A stretch of DNA of 64,000 nt from assembly GCA_964016885.1 (NCBI GenBank), contig OZ024740.1, positions 318,370,001 to 318,434,000 on the forward strand. The letters run 5' to 3'. Position 1 is the first letter of the stretch. Every line of letters starts with the position of its first letter. Made by a program: the position numbers and the translations under genes. The notes beneath the pieces are model-generated. The model did no database searches, was not told the DNA's origin, and was given only the letters and a program-made list of their open reading frames with translations. The stretch is from Eledone cirrhosa. Lineage: Eukaryota. Below are positions 28,001-43,100 of the stretch, piece by piece.

Positions 28001-30300
28001 TATTTCCACAACCTACATTCTATCTGACATTCTAACGACTCTACCCATTCGCTGTATTTCTACTACAATACTAACTTCAAATAATCCAGGATTGTCTCGT
28101 CTACTTCCACAACTTATATTGTATCTGATATTCTAACGACTCTACCAATTCGAAGTCTTTTAACTACAATACTAACTTTAAACAATCCAGGATTGTCTCC
28201 TCTATTTCCACAACTTACATTCTATCTGACGTTCTAACGACTCTACCAATTCGATTTCTTTCTACTACAATACTCACAACAAATAATCCAGGATTGTCTC
28301 GTCTATTGCCACAACTTACATTCTACCTGACACTCTAACGACTCTACGAATTCGAAGTCTTTCTACTACAATACTCACAACAAATAATCCAGGATTGTCT
28401 CGTCTATTTCCACAACTTACATTCTATCTGACATTCTAACGACTCTACCAATTCGAAGTCTTTCTATTACAATACTCACAACAAATAATCCAGGATTGTC
28501 TCGTCTAATCCCACAACTTACATTCTATGTGACATTCTAACGACTCTACCAATTCGAAGTTTTTCTACTACTATACTCACAACAAATAATCCAGGATTGT
28601 CTCGTCTATTTCCACAACTTACATTCTATGTGACATTCTAACGACTCTACCAATTCGAAGTCTTTCTACTACAATACTCACAACAAATAATCCAGGATTG
28701 TCTCGTCTATTCCCACAACTTACATTATATCTGACATTCTAATGACTCTACCAATTCGAAGTCTTTCTACTACAATACTAACAACAAATAATCTAAGATT
28801 GCCTCGTCTATTTCCACAACTTACATTCTATCTTACATTCTAACGACTCTACCAATTCGAATTCTTTCTGCTACAATACTCACAACAAATAATCCAGGAT
28901 TGCCTCGTCTATTTCCACACCTTACATTCTATCTGACATTCTAACGACTCTACCAATTCGCTGTATTTCTACTACAATACTAACTTCAAATAATCCAGGA
29001 TTGTCTCCTCTATTTCCACAACTTACATTCTATCTGATATTCTAACGACTCTACCAATTTGAAGTCTTTCTACTACAATACTCACAACAAATAATCCAGG
29101 ATTGTCTCGTCTATTTCCACAACTTACATTCTATCTCAGTTTCTAACGAGTCTACCAATTCGCTGTATTTATACTGCAATACTCACAACAAATAAACCAC
29201 GATTGTCTCGTCTATTTCCACAACTTAAATTCTATCTGACATACTAACGACTCTACCAATTCGAAGTCTTTCTACTACAATACTAACTTTAAACAATCCA
29301 GGATTGTCTCCTCTATTTCCACAACTTACATTCTATCTGACATTCTAACGACTCTACCAATTCGATGTCTCTCTACTACAATACTCACAACAAATAATCC
29401 AGGATTGTCTCCCCTTTTTCCACAACTTACATTCTATCTGACATTCAAACGACTCTATCAATTCGAAGTCTTTCTACTACAATATTAACGTCAAATAATC
29501 CAGGATTGTCTCGTCCATTTCCACAACTTACATTCTATCTGACATTCTAACGACTCTACCAATTCGAAGTCTATCTATTACAGTACTAACAACAAATAAT
29601 CCATGATTCTATCGTCTATTTCCACAACTTACATTCTATCTGATATTCTAACGACTCTACCAATTCGCTGCATTTCTACTACAATACTAACTTCAAATAA
29701 TCCAGGATTATCTCATCTATTTCCACAACTTACATTCTATCTGATATTCGAACGACTCTACCAATTCGAAGTCTTTGTACTACAATACTAACAACAAATA
29801 ATGCAGGATTGTCTCGTCTATTTCCACAACTTATATTCTATCTGATTTTCTAACGACTCTACCAATTCGAAGTCTTTCTATTACAATACTCACAACAAAT
29901 AATCCAGGATTGTCTCGTCTATTTCCACACCTTACATTCTACATGACATTCTAACGACTCTACCAATTCGAAGTTTGTCTACTACAATACTCACAACAAA
30001 TAATCAAGGATTGTATCGTCTATTTCCACAACGTACATTCTATCTGACATTCTAACGACTCTACCAATTCGAAGTCTTTCTACTACAATACTCACAACAA
30101 TTAATCCAGGAATGTCTCGTCTATTTCCACACCTTACATTCTATCTGACATTCTAACGACTCTACCCATTCGCTGTATTTCTACTACAATACTAACTTCA
30201 AATAATCCAGGATTGTCTCGTCTACTTCCACAACTTACATTGTATCTGATATTCTAACGACTCTACCAATTCGAAGTCTTTCTATTACAATACTCACAAC
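16090..30300. repeat. Large ~7 kb duplication whose offset steps down by whole monomers (7474, 7070, 6868, 6767 bp)
   Basis: TCACAAAAAA 16457/23931 (74 monomers). CTACCAATTGGCTG 17941/25011 and ACAGCAAATG 18681/25751 (70). CTATTTTCAC 19213/26081 (68). GACGTTCT 21461/28228 and ORF starts 22836/29603 (67). Confidence 0.88.
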
Positions 30301-33300
30301 AAATAATCCAGGATTGTCTCGTCTATTTCCGCAACTTACATTCTATGTGACATTCTAACGACTCTACCAATTCGAAGTTTTTCTACTACAATACTCACAA
30401 CAAATAATCCAGGATTGTCTCGTCTATTTCCACAGCTTACATTCTATGTGACATTCTAACGACTCTACCAATTCGAAGTCTTTCTACTACATTACTCACA
30501 ACAAATAATCCAGGATTGTCTCGTCTATTCCCACAACTTACATTATATCTGACATTCTAATGACTCTACCAATTCGAAGTCTTTCTACTACAATACTAAC
30601 AACAAATAATCTAAGATTGTCTCGTCTATTTCCACAACTTACATTCTATCTGACATTCTAACGACTCTACCAATTCGAAGTCTTTCTGCTACAATACTCA
30701 CAACAAATAATCCAGGATTGCCTCGTCTATTTCCACACCTTACATTCTATCTGACATTCTAACGACTCTACCAATTCGCTGTATTTCTACTACAATACTA
30801 ACAACAAATAATCTAGGATTGTCTGTTCTATTTCCACAACTTACATTCTATCTGACATTCTAACGACTCTACCAATTCGAAGTTTTTCTACTACAATACT
30901 CACAACAAATAATCCAGGATTGTCTCGTCTATTTCCACAACTTACATTCTATCTGACATTCTAACGACTCTACCAATTCGAAGTCTATCTACTACAGTAC
31001 TAACAACAAATAATGCAGGATTCTATCGTCTATTTCCACAACTTACATTCTATCTGATATTCTAACGACTCTACCAATTCGCTGTATTTCTACTACAATA
31101 CTAATGTCAAATAATCCAGGATTGTCTCGTCTATTTCCACAACTTACATTCTATCTGACATTCTAACGACTCTACCAATTCGAAGTTGTTCTACTACAAT
31201 ACTCACAACAAATAATCAAGGATTGTATCGTCTATTTCCACAACGTACATTCTATCTGACATTCTAACGACTCTACCAATTCGAAGTCTTTCTATTACAA
31301 TACTCACAACAAATAATCCAGGATTGCCTCGTCTATTTCCACACCTTACATTCTATCTGACATTCTAACGACTCTACCAATTCGCTGTATTTCTACTACA
31401 ATACTAACTTCAAATAATCCAGGATTGTCTCGTCTATTTCCACAACTTACATTCTATCTGATATTCTAACGACTCTACCAATTTGAAGTCTTTCTACTAC
31501 AAAACTAACAACAAATAATCCAGGATTGTCTCGTCTATTTCCACAACTTACATTCTATCTGATATTCTAACGACTCTACCAATTCGAAGTGTTTCTACTA
31601 CAATACTCACAACAAATAATCAAGGATTGTATCGTGTATTTCCACAACCTACATTCTATCTGACATTCTAACGACTCTACCAATTCGAAGTCTTTCTACT
31701 ACAATACTCACAACAATTAATCCAGGAATGTCTCGTCTATTTCCACACCTTACATTCTATCTGACATTCTAACGACTCTACCCATTCGCTGTATTTCTAC
31801 TACAATACTAACTTCAAATAATCCAGGATTGTCTCGTCTACTTCCACAACTTATATTGTATCTGATATTCTAACGACTCTACCAATTCGAAGTCTTTTAA
31901 CTACAATACTAACTTTAAACAATCCAGGATTGTCTCCTCTATTTCCACAACTTACATTCTATCTGACGTTCTAACGACTCTACCAATTCGATTTCTTTCT
32001 ACTACAATACTCACAACAAATAATCCAGGATTGTCTCGTCTATTGCCACAACTTACATTCTACCTGACACTCTAACGACTCTACGAATTCGAAGTCTTTC
32101 TACTACAATACTCACAACAAATAATCCAGGATTGTCTCGTCTATTTCCACAACTTACATTCTATCTGACATTCTAACGACTCTACCAATTCGAAGTCTTT
32201 CTATTACAATACTCACAACAAATAATCCAGGATTGTCTCGTCTAATCCCACAACTTACATTCTATGTGACATTCTAACGACTCTACCAATTCGAAGTTTT
32301 TCTACTACTATACTCACAACAAATAATCCAGGATTGTCTCGTCTATTTCCACAACTTACATTCTATGTGACATTCTAACGACTCTACCAATTCGAAGTCT
32401 TTCTACTACAATACTCACAACAAATAATCCAGGATTGTCTCGTCTATTCCCACAACTTACATTATATCTGACATTCTAATGACTCTACCAATTCGAAGTC
32501 TTTCTACTACAATACTAACAACAAATAATCTAAGATTGTCTCGTCTATTTCCACAACTTACATTCTATCTTACATTCTAACGACTCTACCAATTCGAAGT
32601 CTTTCTGCTACAATACTCACAACAAATAATCCAGGATTGCCTCGTCTATTTCCACACCTTACATTCTATCTGACATTCTAACGACTCTACCAATTCGCTG
32701 TATTTCTACTACAATACTAACTTCAAATAATCCAGGATTGTCTCGTCTATTTCCACAACTTACATTCTATCTGATATTCTAACGACTCTACCAATTTGAA
32801 GTCTTTCTACTACAATACTCACAACAAATAATCCAGGATTGTCTCGTCTATTTCCACAACTTACATTCTATCTCAGTTTCTAACGAGTCTACCAATTCGC
32901 TGTATTTATACTGCAATACTCACAACAAATAAACCACGATTGTCTCGTCTATTTCCACAACTTACATTCTATCTGACATACTAACGACTCTACCAATTCG
33001 AAGTCTTTCTACTACAATACTAACTTTAAACAATCCAGGATTGTCTCCTCTATTTCCACAACTTACATTCTATCTGACATTCAAACGACTCTATCAATTC
33101 GAAGTCTTTCTACTACAATACTAACGTCAAATAATCCAGGATTGTCTCGTCCATTTCCACAACTTACATTCTATCTGACATTCTAACGACTCTACCAATT
33201 CGAAGTCTATCTATTACAGTACTAACAACAAATAATCCATGATTCTATCGTCTATTTCCACAACTTACATTCTATCTGATATTCTAACGACTCTACCAAT

Positions 33301-35271
33301 TCGCTGCATTTCTACTACAATACTAACTTCAAATAATCCAGGATTATCTCATCTATTTCCACAACTTACATTCTATCTGATATTCGAACGACTCTACCAA
33401 TTCGAAGTCTTTGTACTACAATACTAACAACAAATAATGCAGGATTGTCTCGTCTATTTCCACAACTTATATTCTATCTGATTTTCTAACGACTCTACCA
33501 ATTCGAAGTCTTTCTATTACAATACTCACAACAAATAATCCAGGATTGTCTCGTCTATTTCCACACCTTACATTCTACATGACATTCTAACGACTCTACC
33601 AATTCGAAGTTTGTCTACTACAATACTCACAACAAATAATCAAGGATTGTATCGTCTATTTCCACAACGTACATTCTATCTGACATTCTAACGACTCTAC
33701 CAATTCGAAGTCTTTCTACTACAATACTCACAACAATTAATCCAGGAATGTCTCGTCTATTTCCACACCTTACATTCTATCTGACATTCTAACGACTCTA
33801 CCCATTCGCTGTATTTCTACTACAATACTAACTTCAAATAATCCAGGATTGTCTCGTCTACTTCCACAACTTACATTGTATCTGATATTCTAACGACTCT
33901 ACCAATTCGAAGTCTTTCTATTACAATACTCACAACAAATAATCCAGGATTGTCTCGTCTATTTCCACAACTTACATTCTATGTGACATTCTAACGACTC
34001 TACCAATTCGAAGTTTTTCTACTACAATACTCACAACAAATAATCCAGGATTGTCTCGTCTATTTCCACAGCTTACATTCTATGTGACATTCTAACGACT
34101 CTACCAATTCGAAGTCTTTCTACTACATTACTCACAACAAATAATCCAGGATTGTCTCGTCTATTCCCACAACTTACATTATATCTGACATTCTAATGAC
34201 TCTACCAATTCGAAGTCTTTCTACTACAATACTAACAACAAATAATCTAAGATTGTCTCGTCTATTTCCACAACTTACATTCTATCTGACATTCTAACGA
34301 CTCTACCAATTCGAAGTCTTTCTGCTACAATACTCACAACAAATAATCCAGGATTGCCTCGTCTATTTCCACACCTTACATTCTATCTGACATTCTAACG
34401 ACTCTACCAATTCGCTGTATTTCTACTACAATACTAACAACAAATAATCTAGAATTGTCTGTTCTATTTCCACAACTTACATTCTATCTGACATTCTAAC
34501 GACTCTACCAATTCGAAGTTTTTCTACTACAATACTCACAACAAATAATCCAGGATTGTCTCGTCTATTTCCACAACTTACATTCTATCTGACATTCTAA
34601 CGACTCTACCAATTCGAAGTCTATCTATTACAGTACTAACAACAAATAATGCAGGATTCTATCGTCTATTTCCACAACTTACATTCTATCTGATATTCTA
34701 ACGACTCTACCAATTCGCTGTATTTCTACTACAATACTAATGTCAAATAATCCAGGATTGTCTCGTCTATTTCCACAACTTACATTCTATCTGACATTCT
34801 AACGACTCTACCAATTCGAAGTTGTTCTACTACAATACTCACAACAAATAATCAAGGATTGTATCGTCTATTTCCACAACGTACATTCTATCTGACATTC
34901 TAACGACTCTACCAATTCGAAGTCTTTCTATTACAATACTCACAACAAATAATCCAGGATTGCCTCGTCTATTTCCACACCTTACATTCTATCTGACATT
35001 CTAACGACTCTACCAATTCGCTGTATTGCTACTACAATACTAACTTCAAATAATCCAGGATTGTCTCGTCTATTTCCACAACTTACATTCTATCTGATAT
35101 TCTAACGACTCTACCAATTTGAAGTCTTTCTACTACAAAACTAACAACAAATAATCCAGGATTGTCTCGTCTATTTCCACAACTTACATTCTATCTGATA
35201 TTCTAACGACTCTACCAATTCGAAGTGTTTCTACTACAATACTCACAACAAATAATCAAGGATTGTATCGT
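28020..35271. repeat. Tandem duplication of a 37-monomer unit; second copy lacks one monomer (offset 3737 then 3636)
   Basis: AAACCACGAT 29194/32931 (offset 3737). ORF starts 29603/33239 and GCTTAC 30435/34071 (offset 3636). Confidence 0.88.
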
Positions 35272-37619
35272 CTATTTCCACAACTTACATTCTATCTGAC
35301 ATTCTAACGACTCTACCAATTCGAAGTCTTTCTATTACAATACTCACAACAAATAATCCAGGATTGTCTCGTCTATTTCCACAACTTACATTCTATCTGA
35401 CATTCTAACGACTCTACCCATTCGCTGTATTTCTACTACAATACTAACTTCAAATAATCCAGGATTGTCTCGTCTACTTCCACAACTTACATTGTATCTG
35501 ATATTCTAACGACTCTACCAATTCGAAGTCTTTCTATTACAATACTCACAACAAATAATCCAGGATTGTCTCGTCTATTTCCACAACTTACATTCTATCT
35601 GACATTCTAACGACTCTACCAATTCGAAGTCTTTCTATTACAATACTCACAACAAATAATCCAGGATTGTCTCGTCTATTCCCACACCTTACATTCTATG
35701 TGACATTCTAACGACTCTACCAATTCGAAGTTTTTCTACTACAATACTCACAACAAATAATCCAGGATTGTCTCGTCTATTTCCACAACTTACATTCTAT
35801 CTGACATTCTAACGACTCTACCAGGTCGAAGTCTTTCTATTACAATACTCACAACAAATAATCCAGGATTGTCTCGTCTATTTCCACAACTTACATTCTA
35901 TGTGACATTCTAACGACTCAACCAATTCGAAGTCTTTCTACTACAATACTCACAACAAATAATCCAGGATTGTCTCCTCTATTTCCACAACTTACATTCT
36001 ATCTGACATTCTAACGACTCTACCAATTCGATGTCTCTCTACTACAATACTCTCAACAAATAATCCAGGATTGTCTCCCCTTTTTCCACAACTTACATTC
36101 TATCTGACATTCAAACGACTCTATCAATTCGAAGTCTTTCTACTACAATTCTAACGTCAAATAATCCAGGATTGTCTCGTCCATTTCCACAACTTACATT
36201 CTATCTGACATTCTAACGACTCTACCAATTCGAAGTCTATCTATTACAGTACTAACAACAAATAATCCATGATTCTATCGTCTATTTCCACAACTTACAT
36301 TCTATCTGATATTCTAACGACTCTACCAATTCGAAGTATTTCTACTACAATACTAACTTCAAATAATCCAGGATTGTCTCATCTATTTCCACAACTTACA
36401 TTCTATCTGACATTCTAACGACTCTACCAATTCGATTTCTTTCTACTACAATACTCACAACAAATGATCCAGGATTGTCTCGTCTATTTCCACAACTTAC
36501 ATTCTATCTGACATTCAAACAACTCTATCAATTCGAAGTCTTTCTACTACAATACTAACGTCAAATAATCCAGGATTGTCTCGTCCATTTCCATAACTTA
36601 CATTCTATCTGACATTCTAACGACTCTACCAATTCGAAGTCTATCTATTACAATACTAACAACAAATAATCTAGGATTGTCTGGTCTATTTCCACAACTT
36701 ACATTCTATCTGACATTCTAACGACTCTACCAATTCGAAGTTTTTCCACTACAATACTCACAACAAATAATCCAGGATTGTCTCGTCTATTTCCACAACT
36801 TACATTCTATCTGACATTCTAACGACTCTACCAATTCGAAGTCTATCTATTACAGTACTAACAACAAATAATCCAGGATTCTATCGTCTATTTCCACAAC
36901 TTACATTCTATCTGATATTCGAACGACTCTACCAATTCGCTGTATTTCTACTACAATACTCACAACAAATAATCCAGGATTGTCTCGTCTATTTCCACAA
37001 CTTACATTCTATCTGACATTCTAACGACTCTACCAATTGGAAGTCTATCTATTACAATACTAACAACAAATAATCTAGGATTGTCTGGTCTATTTCCACA
37101 ACTTACATTCTATCTGACATTCTAACGACTCTACCAATTCGAAGTTGTTCTACTACAATACTCACAACAAATAATCAAGGATTGTATCGTCTATTTCCAC
37201 AACGTACATTCTATCTGACATTCTAACGACTCTACCAATTCGAAGTCTTTCTACTACAATACTCACAACAAATAATCCAGGATTGCCTCGTCTATTTCCA
37301 CACCTTACATTCTATCTGACATTCTAACGACTCTACCAATTCGCTGTATTTCTACTACAATACTAACTTCAAATAATCCAGGATTGTCTCGTCTATTTCC
37401 ACCACTTACATTCTATCTGATATTCTAACGACTCTACCAATTTGAAGTCTTTCTACTACAAAACTAACAACAAATAATCCAGGATTGTCTCGTCTATTTC
37501 CACAACTTACATTCTATCTCAGTTTCTAACGAGTCTACCAATTCGCTGTATTTATACTACAATACTCACAACAAATAAACCAGGATTGTCTCGTCTATTT
37601 CCACAACTTACATTCTATC

Positions 37620-39630
37620 TGACATTCTAGAGACTCTACCCATTCGCTGTATTTCTACTACAATACTAACTTTAAACAATCCAGGTTTGTCTCGTCTATT
37701 TCCACAACTTACATTCTATCTGACATTCTAACGACTCTACCAATTCGAAGTCTTTCTATTACAATACTCACAACAAATAATCCAGGATTGTCTCGTCTAT
37801 TCCCACAACTTACATTCTATGTGACATTCTAACGACTCTACCAATTCGAAGTTTTTCTACTACAATACTCACAACAAATAATCCAGGATTGTCTCGTCTA
37901 TTTCCACAACTTACATTCTATCTGACATTCTAACGACTCTACCAGGTCGAAGTCTTTCTATTACAATACTCACAACAAATAATCCAGGATTGTCTCGTCT
38001 ATTTCCACAACTTACATTCTATGTGACATTCTAACGACTCAACCAATTCGAAGTCTTTCTACTACAATACTCACAACAAATAATCCAGGATTGTCTCGTC
38101 TATTCCCACAACTTACATTATATCTGACATTCTAATGACTCTACCAATTTGAAGTCTTTCTACTACAATACTAACTTTAAACAATCCATGATTGTCACCT
38201 CTATTTCCACAACTTACATTCTATCTGACATTCTAACGACTCTACCAATTCGATGTCTCTCTACTACAATACTCACAACAAATAATCCAGGATTGTCTCC
38301 CCTTTTTCCACAACTTACATTCTATCTGACATTCAAACGATTCTATCAATTCGAAGTCTTTCTACTACAATACTAACGTCAAATAATCCAGGATTGTCTC
38401 GTCCATTTCCACAACTTACATTCTATCTGACATTCTAACGACTCTACCAATTCGAAGTCTATCTATTACAGTACTAACAACAAATAATCCATGATTCTAT
38501 CGTCTATTTCCACAACTTACATTCTATCTGATATTCTAACGACTCTAACAATTCGCTGTATTTCTACTACAATACTAACTTCAAATAATCCAGGATTGTC
38601 TCATCTATTTCCACAACTTACATTCTATCTGATATTCGAACGACTCTACCAATTCGAAGTCTTTGTACTACAATACTAACAACAAATAATGCAGGATTGT
38701 CTCGTCTATTTCCACAACTTACATTCTATCTGACATTCTAACGACTCTACCGATTCGAAGTCTTTCTACTACAATACTAACTTTAAACAATCCAGGATTG
38801 TCTCCTCTATTTCCACAACTTACATTCTATCTGACATTCTAACGACTCTACCAATTCGATGTCTCTCTACTACAATACTCACAACAAATAATCCAGGATT
38901 GTCTCGTCTTTTTCCACAACTTACATTCTATCTGACATTGAAACGACTCTATCAATTCGAAGTCTTTCTACTACAATACTAACGTCAAATAATCCAGGAT
39001 TGTCTCGTCCATTTCCACAACTTACATCCTATCTGACATTCTAACGACTCTACCAATTCGAAGTCTATCTATTACAGTACTAACAACAAATAATCCAGGA
39101 TTCTATCGTCTATTTCCACAACTTACATTCTATCTAACATTCTAGAGACTCTACCCATTCGCTGTATTTCTACTACAATACTAACTTTAAACAATCCAGG
39201 TTTGTCTCGTCTATTTCCACAACTTACATTCTATCTGACATTCTAACGACTCTACCAATTCGAAGTCTTTCTATTACAATACTCACAACAAATAATCCAG
39301 GATTGTCTCGTCTATTCCCACAACTTACATTCTATGTGACATTCTAACGACTCTACCAATTCGAAGTTTTTCTACTACAATACTCACAACAAATAATCCA
39401 GGATTGTCTCGTCTATTTCCACAACTTACATTCTATCTGACATTCTAACGACTCTACCAGGTCGAAGTCTTTCTATTACAATACTCACAACAAATAATCC
39501 AGGATTGTCTCGTCTATTTCCACAACTTACATTCTATGTGACATTCTAACGACTCAACCAATTCGAAGTCTTTCTACTACAATACTCACAACAAATAATC
39601 CAGGATTGTCTCGTCTATTCCCACAACTTA
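37620..39630. repeat. ~5-monomer block repeated at a 15-monomer offset (1515 bp)
   Basis: TCTAGAGACTC 37626/39141, CCAGGTTTGT 37681/39196, ACCAGGTCGA 37941/39456. Confidence 0.85.
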
Positions 39631-40118
39631 CATTCTATCTGACATTCAAACGACTCTATCAATTCGAAGTCTTTCTACTACAATACTAACGTCAAATAAT
39701 CCAGGATTGTCTCGTCCATTTCCACAACTTACATTCTATCTGACATTCTAACGACTCTACCAATTCGAAGTCTATCTATTACAGTACTAACAACAAATAA
39801 TCCAGGATTGTCTCGTCTTTTTCCACAACTTACATTCTATCTGACATTCAAACGACTCTATCAATTCGAAGTCTTTCTACTACAATACTAACGTCAAATA
39901 ATCCAGGATTGTCTCGTCCATTTCCACAACTTACATCCTATCTGACATTCTAACGACTCTACCAATTCGAAGTCTATCTATTACAGTACTAACAACAAAT
40001 AATCCAGGATTCTATCGTCTATTTCCACAACTTACATTCTATCTGATATTCTAACGACTCTACCAATTCGCTTTATTTCTACTACAATACTAACTTCATA
40101 TAATCCAGGATTGTCTCA

Positions 40119-43100
40119 TCTATTTCCACAACTTACATTCTATCTGACATTCTAACGACTCTACCAATTCGAAGTCTTTCTATTACAATACACACAACAA
40201 ATAATCCAGGATTGTCTCGTCTATTTCCACAACTTACATTCTACCTGACATTCTAACGACTCTACGAATTCGAAGTCTTTCTACTACAATACTCACAACA
40301 AATAATCCAGGATTGTCTCGTCTATTGCCACAACTTACATTCTACCTGACATTCTAACGACTCTACCAATTCGAAGTCTTTCTACTACAATACTAACAAC
40401 AAATAATCCAGTATTGTCTCCCCTTTTTTCACAACTTACATTCTATCTGACATTCAAACGACTCTATCAATTCGAAGTCTTTATACTACAATACTAACGT
40501 CAAGTAATCCAGGATTGTCTCGTCCATATCCACAACTTACATTCTATCTGACATTCTAACAACTCTACCAATTCGAAGTCTATCTATTACAGTACTAACA
40601 ACAAATAATCCATGATTATATCGTCTATTTCCACAACTTACATTCTATCTGATATTCTAACGACACTACCAATTCGCTGTATTTCTACTACAATACTAAC
40701 TTCAAATAATCCAGGATTGTCTCATCTATTTCCACAACTTACATTCTATCTGATATTCGAACGACTCTACCAATTCGAAGTCTTTGTACTACAATACTAA
40801 CAACAAATAATGCAGGATTGTCTCGTCTATTTCCACAACTTACATTCTATCTGACATTCTAACGACTCTACCAATTCGAAGTCTTTCTATTACAATACTC
40901 ACAACAAATAATCCAGGATTGTCTCGTCTATTTCCACAACTTACATTCTACCTGACATCCTAACGACTCTACGAATTCGAAGTCTTTCTACTACAATACT
41001 AACTTCAAATAATCCAGGAATGTCTCGTCTACTTCCACAACTTACATTGTATCTGACATTCTAACGACTCTACCAATTCGAAGTCTTTCTACTACAATAC
41101 TAACTTTAAACAATCCAGGATTGTCTCCTCTATTTCCACAACTTACATTCTATCTGACATTCTAACGACTCTACCAATTCGAAGTTTTTCTACTACAATA
41201 CTCACAACAAATAATCCAAGATTGTCTCGTCTATTTCCACAACTTAAATTCTATCTGATATTCTAACGACTCTACCAATTCGAAGTCTATCTATTACAGT
41301 ACTAACAACAAATAATCCAGGATTCTATCGTCTATTTCCACAACTTACATTCTATCTGATATTCTAACGACTCTACCAATTCGCTGTATTTCTACTACAA
41401 TACTAACTTCAAATAATCCAGGATTGTCTCATCTATTTCCACAACTTACATTCTATGTTACATTCAAAGGACTCTATCAATTCGAAGTCTTTCTACAACA
41501 ATACTAACGTCAAATAATCCAGGATAGTCACGTCTTTCCACAACTTACATTCTATCTGACATTCTAACGACTCTACCAATTCGAAGTATTTCTACTACAA
41601 TACTAACAACAAATAATCTAGGATTGTCTCGTCTATTTACACAACTTACATTCTATCTGACATTCTAACGACTCTACCAATTCGAAGTTTTTCTACTAAA
41701 ATACTCACAACAAATATTCAAGGATTGTATCGTCTATTTCCACAACTTACATTCTATATGACATTCTAACGACTCTACCAATTCGACTTCTTTGTACTAC
41801 AATACTAACAACAAATAATGCAGGATTGTCTCGTCTATTTCCACAACTTACATTCTATCTGACATTCTAACGACTCTATCAATTCGAAGTCTTTCTACTA
41901 CAATACTCATAACAAATAATCCAGGATTGTCTCGTCTATTTCCACAACTTACATTCTATCTGACATTCTAACGACTCTACCAATTCGAAGTTTTTCTACT
42001 TCAATACTCACAACAAATAATCAAGGATCGTATCGTCTATTTCCACAACGTACATTCTATCTGACATTCTAACGACTCTACCAATTCGAAATATTTCTAC
42101 TACAATACTCACAACAATTAATCCAGGAATGTCTCGTCTATTTCCACACCTTACATTCTATCTGACATTCTAACGACTCTACCCATTAGCTGTATTTCTA
42201 CTACAATACTAACTTCATATAATCCAGGATTGTCTCGTCTACTTCCACAACTTACATTGTATCTGATATTCTAACGACTCTACCAATTCGAAGTCTTTCT
42301 ACTACAATACTAACTTTAAACAATCCAGGATTGTCTCCTCTATTTCCACAACTTACATTATATCTGACATTCTAACGAGTCTACCATTTCGCTGTATTTC
42401 TACTACAATACTCACAACAAATAAACCAGGATTGTCTCGTCTATTTCCACAACATACATTCTATCTGACATTCTAACGACTCTACCAATTCGCTGTCTTT
42501 CTACTACAATACTCAACAAATAATCCAGCACTGTCTCGTCTATTTCCACAACTTACATTCTATCTGACATTCTAACGACTCTACCAATTCGAAGTCTTTC
42601 TATTACAATACACACAACAAATAATCCAGGATTGTCTCGTCTATTTCCACAACTTACATTCTACCTGACATTCTAACGACTCTACGAATTCGAAGTCTTT
42701 CTACTACAATACTCACAACAAATAATCCAGGATTGTCTCGTCTATTGCCACAACTTACATTCTACCTGACATTCTAACGACTCTACCAATTCGAAGTCTT
42801 TCTACTACAATACTAACAACAAATAATCCAGTATTGTCTCCCCTTTTTTCACGACTTACATTCTATCTGACATTCAAACGACTCTATCAATTCGAAGTCT
42901 TTATACTACAATACTAACGTCAAGTAATCCAGGATTGTCTCGTCCATATCCACAACTTACATTCTATCTGACATTCTAACAACTCTACCAATTCGAAGTC
43001 TATCTATTACAGTACTAACAACAAATAATCCATGATTATATCGTCTATTTCCACAACTTACATTCTATCTGATATTCTAACGACACTACCAATTCGCTGT

